Positions 13,697 through 24,904 of a stretch of 64,000 nucleotides of DNA are shown piece after piece. The notes under the pieces were generated by a model that was not told the DNA's origin, did no database searches, and saw only the letters and a list, made by a program, of their open reading frames with translations. The stretch is from Octopus sinensis. Its lineage: Eukaryota. Numbering within the stretch: position 1 is the first letter of the stretch; each line of letters starts with the position of its first letter. The position numbers and the translations under genes are program-made. The stretch spans positions 121,706,001 to 121,770,000 of the forward strand of contig NC_042999.1 of NCBI RefSeq assembly GCF_006345805.1. Direction: 5' to 3'.

Positions 13697-13878
13697 GTTG
13701 CATCTGCTGTTTCTGCTAGTCAGCACAGCTGTGCATTATGTAATGGAATGTGCAAAACTTTTGCCAGGCTCAAGAGGCATACAAGGGCCTCACATTGTAT
13801 CAATAATGACTCATTTCAGTGATTCTTTCTAACAATGGCTTTACTCATATATGAGAAAGCAGTTAAGATATATATATA

Positions 13879-13914
<36 letters not shown>

Positions 13915-13917
<3 letters not shown>

Positions 13918-14356
13918 ATAATATACATCTGGAAGATCCTGGAAGGACTTGTCCCAAACTTTGGCATTGAGAGTTACACAAATGCCAGAACTGGGCGCAA
14001 CTGCGTGGTGCCTAGGACTCCAAATTTGCCATCAAGATGTAGGACAAGATACTGTGATAGCCTGGGCTTCCGAGGCCCACAGCTCTTCAATATCCTCCTG
14101 AAGAACCTAAGAGACCTGCATGGGGTGGATGCAGATGTCTTTAAAATGAAACTGGATCTCTTCTTGTCAGGTATCCCAGATGAACCAACTTCACGGCAGG
14201 AGGTGCAGATGAGGGCAGCTGCATCAAACTCTCTCATGCACCAAATGGCAGTTGCTAAAAAGCATTCATGAAGTAAAACCATGTAGCAACACCAAATGGC
14301 GGTGCCCCAGCATGGCCACAGCTCGTGAGCTGAAACTAGAATCAATCAATCAATCA

Positions 14357-14360
<4 letters not shown>
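13915..14360 (+). mobile_element. 5'-truncated CR1/L2-type LINE, copy 1 (ORF2 C-terminus, 3' UTR, (AATC)n tail)
   Basis: Near-identical to the 3' end of the 39704-43506 element; open frame ...RYCDSLGFRGPQLFN...KKHS*; flanked by (TA)n. Confidence 0.95.
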
Positions 14361-14394
<34 letters not shown>

Positions 14395-14411
14395 TATATA
14401 TATATATATAT

Positions 14412-14853
14412 GCCATAATATACATCTGGAAGATCCTGGAAGGACTTGTCCCAAACTTTGGCATTGAGAGTTACACAAATGCCAGAACTGGGCGCAACTG
14501 CGTGGTGCCTAGGACTCCAAATTTGCCATCAAGATGTAGGACAAGATACTGTGATAGCCTGGGCTTCCGAGGCCCACAGCTCTTCAATATCCTCCTGAAG
14601 AACCTAAGAGACCTGCATGGGGTGGATGCAGATGTCTTTAAAATGAAACTGGATCTCTTCTTGTCAGGTATCCCAGATGAACCAACTTCACGGCAGGAGG
14701 TGCAGATGAGGGCAGCTGCATCAAACTCTCTCATGCACCAAATGGCAGTTGCTAAAAAGCATTCATGAAGTAAAACCATGTAGCAACACCAAATGGCGGT
14801 GCCCCAGCATGGCCACAGCTCGTGAGCTGAAACTAGAATCAATCAATCAATCA

Positions 14854-14857
<4 letters not shown>
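14412..14857 (+). mobile_element. 5'-truncated CR1/L2-type LINE, copy 2 (tandem duplicate, period 497 bp)
   Basis: Same truncation point, same translated ORFs and same tail length as copy 1. Confidence 0.95.
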
Positions 14858-14921
<64 letters not shown>

Positions 14922-15338
14922 CCAAACTGCGCAACATGCCCAAACCTTCTAGAAGGATCAGAATTTCTTTTCAAAGAGGAACAAAAATTCAAGATCAGAT
15001 CTAATTTTACTTGTGCTTCTGAAAACATAATTTATGTCATAAGGTGCTCGGGCTGCCACTAAAACTACGTGGGGTCTTTGGGATTATCACTCAGACATAG
15101 ATTCACTCTGCATCGACAACAGATTGCATTCCCAGAATACAGAATGATACCCTTTAGTGAGCATATTGAGAAATGCGCAAAGCAACTACTACCACAATTT
15201 TTAATCGTTCCATTCTATCAATGTGCCATCGGAACACCAACACAAATTAGATTAAACAAGGAAACATTCTTCATTGAAAAATATAAGCCTGAACTTAACC
15301 ATCCTAACATTCTTATACAGAGAAACTCATCTCATTAG
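14922..15338 (+). pseudogene. Penelope-like GIY-YIG endonuclease C-terminal domain
   Basis: PNCATCP...SNFTCASENIIYVIRCSGCH*NYVGSLGLSLRHRFTLHRQQI...RLNKETFFIEKYKPELN; one in-frame TAA at 15060-15062. Confidence 0.9.
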
Positions 15339-15467
15339 ATAAGGGAAAAGAAATATAAAGCGATTACCTCCCTTATACCGGAAGAAATCGCTTATTACCT
15401 CCCCCTGCCTGGAACTCTTCTTTGCACTGCATAACGAAGACATAACACGATGTAGGTAAAGACATTT

Positions 15468-15506
15468 AAGAAATTTGAAAAGTTAACATGAAACCGGTAA
15501 TTTCTT
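15468..15506 (+). ncRNA. Candidate minimal type I hammerhead ribozyme with U3:A8 core
   Basis: AAGAAAT-TTGAAAA-GT(TAAC)AT-GAAA-CCGG-TA-ATTTCTT: perfect 7-bp stem I, 2-bp stem II, palindromic ACCGGT stem III, GUA triplet; located in a PLE 3' region. Confidence 0.6.
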
Positions 15507-15666
15507 CAAAAACTATGTTACTATATGCAAAATTTTATAACATTCTTCTAACATAACGACTTAAATATATTCTTTAACCTTATAAAACAAGCCTTCTGTA
15601 GTTTCTTCACTCTTTTCTATTTTCTATATATCCAACCACATGCTTTCACACACCAACTTTCTCACC

Positions 15667-15758
<92 letters not shown>

Positions 15759-15759
15759 G

Positions 15760-16122
15760 ATTGAAAATATGGAGAATGAGAATTTGAAAATTCAAACTCT
15801 AAGTTTATTTCCAGTTAGTATAATAGTTTGGCACGTGTTTTGATTGCACCAACTACATACTGTTGCATATTCATATGCAGTAATTTATACATTATTGGTA
15901 TGATCTCTTCAGGGCATATGAATATGACATTATTTGAAGAGGAACAAACAATGTCATATTTATATACCCTGAAGAGATCATACCAATAATGCATAAATCA
16001 CTTTATATGAATATGCAACAGTATGCAGTTGGTGCAATCGAAAAACGTGTCAGACTATTATACTAACTGGAAATAAACTTTAAGTTTGAATATTCAAATT
16101 CTTCATTCTCCTTATTTTCAAT
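15760..16122. repeat. 363-bp imperfect palindrome (foldback), arms ~170 bp
   Basis: attgaaaata...cagggcatatgaatatgacatt mirrored by aatgtcatatt...ccctgaagagatc...tattttcaat; short central loop. Confidence 0.9.
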
Positions 16123-17249
16123 ATTGTACTTTACACTCTAAGTAGTCAAGAAATAAACTGGGACATTGGATGATAGTTAAAAGTAGATTACTAAAAAACG
16201 TATCAGAGAAATTCAGTATCTGCCTGGATTTCATATCCCTCCTTTTACTATATATATATAGATATGTGTGTGTATATCAATCCATCCACCAATCCAATCA
16301 CAACTTCAACCATCCATCTATTCATTCATCCACACACACACACACACATGTATGTATGTATGTATGAAGACAATGCTATCTGTTACAGATATAGTGATTA
16401 ATATCTTCCTACATGCTAGAAAATCTATTTATTTTTCAATAATTCCATCTGGATTAAACACTATCAAATGTGTTCTTTGAGATTACTATGAGATCAAAGA
16501 ATTCTGCCAAGTGTTGAGGTCAACAGCATTCTAAGGCTAGATATTCTGTATGTTTTATATTTCAAGTTCTCAAAAAACCTCCTTAGGAATTTTTAAGAAA
16601 TGCTGGATGATTAATATTCTGCAACATGAACCCATAGCATACTGCAGAATTCTGCAAAAATCTTCACATTTTTGTTATAGATGTAATATTTTCTATTATA
16701 ACTAGAGACAATTTAAAAGTTGTAATAAACTTGCTAGCTGTTACCTTAAGTTTAGGCACCACGCAGAAAAATCAAATGAAAGTTTCAATTTCTTTAACAA
16801 GCTCTCAAACAACTCCCCAAATATTCTTAATAATCTAATGGGAAAAACATTTCTTAATGGCTCTCCAACATGTTGTCCACTACAGGATTCTTCCATCGCT
16901 CAAATTTCTATAACATCAGCCTTAGTTAAAACGATGCCTCCATCAAGGTAGAATGCATCAGCAAAAACAACTTAGAACCATATACATATCCAAAGAGTTA
17001 CTATATAATTTAATGCACAATTTAACTTATACAATGCCAGACCTGTAGCAAAAATCTTTTTCTGATTTATATTTTTTGCAGGAAATATTTATATTATATT
17101 ATTGTAATTTAGAGATTGGAGGGATTATTTGTATTTAAATATTCCCTCTAGTTACAAATACTATAAAATGCTTAAGTAAGTAATATTACTTTGAGACACA
17201 ACTTCACATCAGTATACAGTACCTGTTACACTATATGGTGATAATTCTT

Positions 17250-17473
17250 TTATTCTTTTACTTGTTTCAGTCATTCCACTGATACCATGCTGGAGCACTA
17301 ACTTGATTTTTTTAGTCAACCAAATCGACTCCCGATCTTATCTTTTAAGCCTCGTACTTATTCTATCAGTCTCTTTTGCTGAACTACTGAGTTGCAGCAA
17401 CATAAACAACCCAACACTAGTTGTCAAGCAGTGATGGGGGATGCCAAACACAGACACAATCACACACATACAT

Positions 17474-17546
<73 letters not shown>

Positions 17547-17708
17547 GGTACACAAACACAGCTTCTGTCTACCAAATCTATCTACAAGGCTTTGGTCAGC
17601 CTGAGGCTACAGTAGGAGATATTTGCCCAAGGTGTCATGCAGTGGGACTGAAACCAGAACCATGTGATTGGGAAGCAAGCTTCTTACCATATGGCCATAC
17701 CTGCACCT
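17250..17708 (-). mobile_element. tRNA-derived SINE, full length, with internal (CA)n
   Basis: Reverse complement of the family at 21400-21802 and 47263-47652. Confidence 0.9.
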
Positions 17709-17744
17709 ATATATGTTGACAATAAATCATAAACTGTCACTAAT

Positions 17745-17905
17745 TTTACCCTTTCATTACCAACCTGGCTGAAACTGGTTCTGGCTCTGAGTACAAATGT
17801 CCTGTTTCCATAAGTTTTGAATTAAAATCTTCCACCAAACCTTAGTCACATTTTATGTTCCTAACACTAGCTTAATGATAACCATGTTATTTTACTAAAT
17901 TCTGC
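17745..17905. mobile_element. Partial MITE-like repeat with a CCCTTT terminus
   Basis: Starts ttttaccctttcattaccaac; recognised as a recurrent cephalopod-type repeat from memory; second terminus not found. Confidence 0.3.
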
Positions 17906-18428
17906 TACGAACTTTTAATAATGGATCAAAGGAATAGTCACAAATAAACACTGCCATGTCCTCCATATCATGTCTGCACCCCGTTGCACTTTGAGCTACA
18001 CATAAAACCTTATTGTTATAGTCATGATTATCTCATTTAATTTATCTTGCATTATTTTATTTTATGCCTTTATTAGCTTTACAGTTTTTAATGGTTATTT
18101 CATCCAATTTATCTTAAGTTATCATATCCTCTTATATTCAACTTAATTTATTTCACTGTACCAAATTCCTGTGCATATCCAGTTATGTTAAAAACCATAT
18201 AACTCAACTGTACTCTAAATCCTCATATACAGGAGTGAGAATACAAGCAACATTCTTGTTCAAATGCTTGTGTAAATAACCAAGGAACTGATGAAAAACT
18301 TTACGTGAGGAGAAATAAAATATGTTTTGTACACATGTGTATGGTAGCATCCAATTGCACACGTATGTTTACATATATACATATATATATTTATATATAT
18401 ATATTGTTTACATATCCATATATATATG

Positions 18429-18460
<32 letters not shown>

Positions 18461-20413
18461 TTTATGTATATATTTATACACATACATACACACTTATGCA
18501 AATACAGCAGAGTTACGAACAAGATGACAATCCATGCCCATGTTCATGAATATGAATGTGCAAAGCGAATATATCTCAAAAGCGAGTGCATCCAAGTGAA
18601 CATGGCTCATATAATTTCCTTATCTATCCAACCATTACTCTACTTATCCATCATTCATCAATTATTTATTTACCTATCCATAATTATTCATTAATTCCTT
18701 TATTCACCCGCTCATTACCCACAATTGCACTTCTAGATAAACATGCACTCTGAGCATGCAAGAATACACATACTCATGTATTGAGAGATGTAGAAACCAC
18801 GCATATAAACTTAATAAGATGAAGGTGTGAAAGAATGCATTATGATGTGCTAAGTGCTGGCAAAGTCACTGACCATGTTCAAGTTATTTCTTCCATCTAA
18901 TCATTCACCTTAATTCAATTTCAATATTATTTACATCACATTATATTTATATTTCTACATCAAAGTGATTCTGCTTTCCTCATTTTAACAGCAAGTAAAG
19001 GCAAGATTTGAGTTGACCAATTGGAAGTTAATATTCTATTTATCATAGGGTTTGTTTATTGTATGTCTTTGGCCTAAATAGCTAACTGGTGATTTAAATA
19101 TGACATAAATGTTGTCACACTTCAAGGAAGTTAGAGTTTTAGCCAGTTTAGGTTTAGTCTAGCTGAATTAAAGTATTTATACACTATTCCAACATTCTGT
19201 ACTTTCACTTCTGTTCATTACCATTAATACACACACACACACACACTTACACACACACACACAGTCAGTGCAAGATGGTTTCCCCTTGTCCTCACAAACA
19301 GAAATATATCTCAGCTAACTGGTTAGTTCCATGTTAATAGTAAAGCTATGCTCTCCCACCATTAGCTGTTCTCTAACCATAAATATGCAGTTTATTTCTG
19401 TCAACACACATTTACACACTTCCATTCATATACATGACCACACTTCCCACCATCTCTTCTCTCATCCTCCCTCAATCTCATCTTTACCTACTTTTCATCC
19501 TACAAACGCATTTGTAAACAAATTGGAGTGGACAATTGCCACTTGAATGTTGAAATGCAGTTGAATGGCTGAAGAGAAAAAATCAATCTAAGAAATGTAA
19601 CTGTTGGGCTGAACCACCCTTGTTTTGGTTCTGTTTCTTTGATCTTGTCTTTTTCATTCAGAAGTTTTGTTCCCATGTTTAACAATACCACACAAACTCA
19701 TAAACTGGATGTGGTAGCTTCATACTTTTGGTAAAAAAGAGTTCGCTCTACACTTTCATATTCAGCCATGTTGGACGATTGATAAATTACCTTTTCACAT
19801 TCTGTATAGTAAAGTCATTACTGCTTGGAACTAATTGAAACCTGATAACAAGAGTTAATTGTAACATGTCCAAACTAAACCCTCTCCAAAGCTCACTAGT
19901 ACATGCAGTAGCATGAGAAATGGAGTTTGATGACACTTCAAATGCAGAGAAGAGAGATTCTTGATAATTTTCTAGGGAATGACAAGGTGTGTTATTATGA
20001 TGCTCAAGTTGATGAGATCACAAGCAAAATTTTGAAACATGTTTTCAGCAAAGATTTTTGTGCCCCTCATTGACAATGTTAGATGATGCTAAAATATGTA
20101 CAAAAGAATGTTGGAACAATATATTCTGATGGCTTCTTACTACAGTAAGAATACTACCTGATATATCTATAAAATAAATGATGTAGTAGAACTAGCAATA
20201 TAACCATATGTTGAAAATATGCATTGTTGCAAAGGTGTTTCCACTAACACCATCTCCAGCTCTTTTTGTTATTCACAATACTGGAAAGGGCTCAATATAA
20301 ATGTGTTGCATACAAATATTATTTATTATTATTTATTAAAATAAACTTTTGTTTTCTTTTTGATGTGATTAAAATCTTTGATAAAAATTATAAGATCTTC
20401 ACTGTTGTCAGAA

Positions 20414-20589
20414 TCATCATCATCATCGTTTAGCGTCTGCTTTCCATGCTAGCATGGGTTGGACGGTTCAACTGGGGTCTGGGAAGCCAGAAGGCTGCAT
20501 CAGACCGGGCCTGGTGCAGCCTGTTGAACTGTCCAACCCATGCTAGCATGGAAAGCGGACGCTAAACGATGATGATGATGATGATGATT
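20414..20589. mobile_element. Two RTE-type 3' termini fused head-to-head (foldback)
   Basis: (CAT)n-cgtttagcgtctgctttccatgctagcatgggttggac...gtccaacccatgctagcatggaaagcggacgctaaacg-(ATG)n. Confidence 0.85.
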
Positions 20590-21399
20590 CTGACAACAGT
20601 GATGATCTTATCAAAGTTCATAAAGAATTTAGACAGGAAGCAGATGCTGCCTACAGGCAATAAGACATATAAGTTCAAAGATGCAATGTCATATTGTTTT
20701 TGCCCTTTTTTCCCCCTCATTTTAAAACCTGCAGCTATTTGTCTATCCACATTGAACAAAGCGCACTGTAAACATTCATAAGACTACTGTAAAAAGTCAT
20801 AGATTTTGTTTTGATTTTTGTGTCTATTCAAATCCTGAAAGGAATACCGAAGAAAAAATATACATTTTAGCATAAATGGCCAAAGAATTTAGATTTATTG
20901 CTAGAAGTAACAAATATAATTTTCATGACTTTTGTGCTGTATGTTGCTATTATATGAAATTGGCAATACTGATCAAAGTTCCTTTCAGCAACAAGCAAAA
21001 AAAAGTTAACACTTGTACTATTCATATATTATCATTGTCAAGATTTTCTCCCTAGCTCGAAGAATTCAGGATAACAGAATTTTGGTCACCGAACTGTATA
21101 AAGTGTATCATATAAAGTGTACAAAGTGTAGTCATACAGAACTGTTGATTTTGGGAAAAAAGTTGACAAAGAAATATGGTATCTTATTGTTAGTGAAAAT
21201 GCAGCATGTTAGAAAACTAAGGCTAAAGATGAATGTGAAAATATTCTTGCATTCCATTCTGGGCTAAAGCAAGTGGAATATATTAAAGAACAAGGGTCTT
21301 TTTTTCTATTGCCAAACTGGTGCTTTAAATAAAGGTGCAGCAAAATATTTCCAATAGTTCTGCAATACTTTCATGTTTGAGAAAGAAATACAGTATATA

Positions 21400-21802
21400 G
21401 GCGTAGAAGTGGCTGTGTGGTAAGTAGCTTGCTTAAAAACCACATGGTTCCAGGTTCAGTCTCACTGTGTGGCACCTTGGGCAAGTGTCTTCTACTATAG
21501 CCTCGGGCCAACCAAAGCCTTGTGAGTGGATTTGGTAGACAGAAACTAAAAGAAGCCCGTCGTATATATGTATATATATATGTATGTGTGTGTATATGTT
21601 TGTGTGTCTGTGTTTGTCCCCCCCCCACATAGCTTGACAACCGATGGTGGTGTGTTTACATCCTTGTAACTTAGCGGTTCAGCAAAAGAGGTCGATAGAA
21701 TAAGTACTAGGCTTACAAAGAATAAGTTCTGGGATCGATTTGCTCAATTAAAGGTGATGCTCCAGCATGGCGACAATCACATGACTGAAACATGTAAAAG
21801 AG
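21400..21802 (+). mobile_element. tRNA-derived SINE, full length
   Basis: A-box-like tggctgtgtgg, B-box-like ggttcagtc, internal (TA)/(TG) linker, tail ggtgatgctccagcatgg...gactgaaaca. Confidence 0.9.
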
Positions 21803-22152
21803 TTTCTCAGCTTTTACAGCAATAATAATGATTCATCACAAAAAATAACAAATCAGCTCTTAAATAAATTCCAGATGTCAGGTTTGAACCTCAATCAAGT
21901 GCCTGCATTGTCTGCTGACAATGCAAAAGTATTACTGTGTTAACTATGTTTTGTTTCATTGCTATAAAGTGTCATAGAACATATCTACTGATTTATTAGT
22001 CAACATTATGTGTTACTATTAGTGTATAGAATGCACCAATTATGCGTTAAATATCCAAATTGGCCGTTTTAGTTTTCTTTAACTCCAAATATTAGTAATA
22101 CATATGCAGTGTGTTTATGGTTTGCAAAAGGTTGAACGCAGTTTCGGTGTAA

Positions 22153-22339
22153 CTTCGGTATAGGTACCAGAAATACTGGATACATTTCAAGAAAGTGTTT
22201 TTTTATATATATATGGGGGATTAGGATTAGGGTTAGGGTTAGGGTGAGGGTAAGGGTTTGGGGTGGGAGAAAAGGGTTTCTGTTATATTCAGAAATGTAA
22301 ACAAAACCACTTCCGGTACTTACAGTACCTATACCAAAG
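22153..22339. mobile_element. Small inverted-repeat element enclosing a degenerate (TTAGGG)n tract
   Basis: cttcggtataggtac (22153-22167) and gtacctataccaaag (22325-22339) match 14/15; ttaggattagggttagggttagggtgagggtaaggg at 22221-22256. Confidence 0.6.
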
Positions 22340-22520
22340 GATCGCCTGCATTTTCTGACAAGGATTTGTACAGGAACTAAAATATCTGTACAGATGTTCC
22401 TTAATTTTCTTTCCTTCAACATACTGTAGCCATACTGATTACAATCGATGTAACATCGGTGTTGACTAATAAATCTATGTATATGCTCTATAGTACAATA
22501 TATATATTTATTTAAATGAC

Positions 22521-22696
22521 ACAATACATGTATTTAAGTGGTACTAATAGTTTCATATGTTGAGAAATACTCAAACATATTCTCCAGGTGCAAACCACAT
22601 ATCATAAAGATATGATATGTGGTTTGTACCTGAAGAATATTTTTGAGTATTTCTCAACATATGAAACTATTAGTAGCACTTAAATACATGTATTGT
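22521..22696. repeat. 176-bp near-perfect palindrome (86-bp arms, 4-nt loop)
   Basis: About 4 mismatches between arms; centre atcata-aaga-tatgat; right arm holds CTGAAGA...GAAACTATTAGTA. Confidence 0.92.
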
Positions 22697-22775
22697 ACTC
22701 TTTAAATAAATAACATTTATCTTTCACCATATGGAGTACTTGTTTTGTTGAATTTTCTATCACAGAACAGTACAT

Positions 22776-22824
<49 letters not shown>

Positions 22825-24904
22825 TAGATAAGTAGATAGATATATAGGCATACATACACGCATACATACATATATATGTCTGCATGTATGACTGAGGAGT
22901 TCATGTCATTACTTTGATTTTATAACTTTTTTGAACTTCAGTTCTACATTTGTTAAGTTATGGAGTGAAATCTTTTAGTTGTCTTTGAACTTCCCAAGGG
23001 ATAAAATTTCAGGATCATTAGTAAAGGTTAATTTCAAAAAAGATTTAAAACAGCATATCTAATACTGTTTTAAAGTAATGACATTAATCTGTGAGTTAGA
23101 TACTTCATTTAGGATATTTTGATTGTTTACAGAGTCAAATTCCTTGAAAAAGTCTCTAAGTGTTATCATAAAATTGTGTTATCTTGAAAAGCAGACATCA
23201 CTGAATATTCTTGATGATAGTTTTTATTCAGTTAAATTTGGCCTAAAGCCAATCTGAAAACCTAAAATTAATTCCTCAATTCTTGCTATTAATATTGTGA
23301 AAAGCACTGAATTGAAGATTTTTGCACTGATTGATTCAGAGAATATTTGTTGTGAATGGGGTAGATCACTAATTGATTCTAAGTTGTTGGTAGCTGTAGG
23401 AAAATTTGATTATTTTTCAAAGTAAAATGAATTCGTTATTATATTATTCTCAGTGGGATATTTTGTCACAACTGGGGTTTATTTTGTTATTCTATTAGTG
23501 ATTTTAAAAATACTTTCCAAATCAGCTGTATTCTTCTAGCTTCATTATGTTGTGTCATTTCAGTGATCAAGCTAATTCTTCCACAATTTCCTGTCTTTGT
23601 CAATTATTGGTAGTTTGTTGCCCATGTTCTAACTCTGTACATAAAGCTGTACAGAACATCGTTTTGACTTGTTTTAAATGTCATCTTGCGTGAATTTGTT
23701 CCTGATAACTATCTCATGAATACATATTTTGTTATGGTCATCATTTTAAAGTACATTATTGACTGTTTTGTAAATTCCAGGAAAACTTTATATCTCGTAT
23801 GAAAGTGGTATTTTATTACATTGCTGCATAGTGCAAACCAAAATATTTTCTTTTCTCTTGTTTTCCTGATGGACTCCATAGTTTTAAAGAGAAAGTAGAA
23901 GTAATTTTTTTATGATCAGGCCAGATGCTCTTCAGTCTCAGTGTCTTAACTTTAGTTCCAACCACAGCCTCAGAGGTCTAGGGTAATTTGTATGGTGAAG
24001 GTCATGTTGGTTTTGGTCTATGTACCCTTCAGATGTTTCTCCTTGAAAATGTTGCCATCTCAGAACATTTTCCTGGTAACAAATGTTTTTGGTTTGTACC
24101 ATTCAAACACATGAAACACAGCTCACCAGGTTTAAGACATGAAGGCTTACAAATATGTAATTACAATGTTAGAAAATAGAACTTCTCAGAATGGCATATA
24201 AAGCACATCACATCATTCCATTGTTGTATGAGGTGCTCATTCACAAGATTTCAAGTTATGGTGGGGATGGAATTTTAAACTTCAGTGTCTTTTCATTTCC
24301 AGACATTGGATAAGATAACTTATGCCCAAAATTAATCTAAGTGATGTGAACACACCAAATCTATGTGAATCTATTTCTTTGAAAACTAAGCATATATATA
24401 TGTTTATTACAGTTCATTCTAATGATCATTTATAAGGAATTTTTATTCTTTCTATTTTAAAGAATTTTCCATTATTATAACATCACTTACTAATTTAGTT
24501 TTCATTTTGTGTTTTTAGTAAGTATTTACAAAGTTATTTTTTCTTACAAATGTGAAAAGTTATAAATTTCTTTCGTGATTTTCACATGTAAATGTTTCAT
24601 TTCAATCTACATGTGTAAGTCTTTAGCTGACATCAGACATCATTACAAAAACTAATTGAAAATGTAAGTCGAAGTTTCAAATACATACAGAGACTGAAAA
24701 AATGGCTGCTGTTTCCAACTTTTTATCAATTTATTTTACTAAATACCCTCAATTACCATGTCTCAGTATAAGAATCAAGTATTTTGAGAAAGTGTCTTAG
24801 AAAATGAAATTTTCTGTGTAATGCTAAATGAATGTATTATATGAAGACTCATTGTTTTATGTAATTAGTTTACAATATCCAGGAAAATGTAATATGCAGA
24901 TCAT

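Larger units (their letters stand above)
14921..15667 (+). mobile_element. 5'-truncated Penelope-like element (GIY-YIG plus pseudo-LTR/3' UTR)
   Basis: GIY-YIG frame followed by ~330 bp non-coding tail containing a hammerhead-like motif; bounded by (GA)n and (TA)n. Confidence 0.8.

Noticed and set aside
22221-22268. Interstitial telomere as a chromosome-fusion scar
   Set aside because: Short, single orientation, no head-to-head TTAGGG/CCCTAA junction; better explained as cargo of a small inverted-repeat element.
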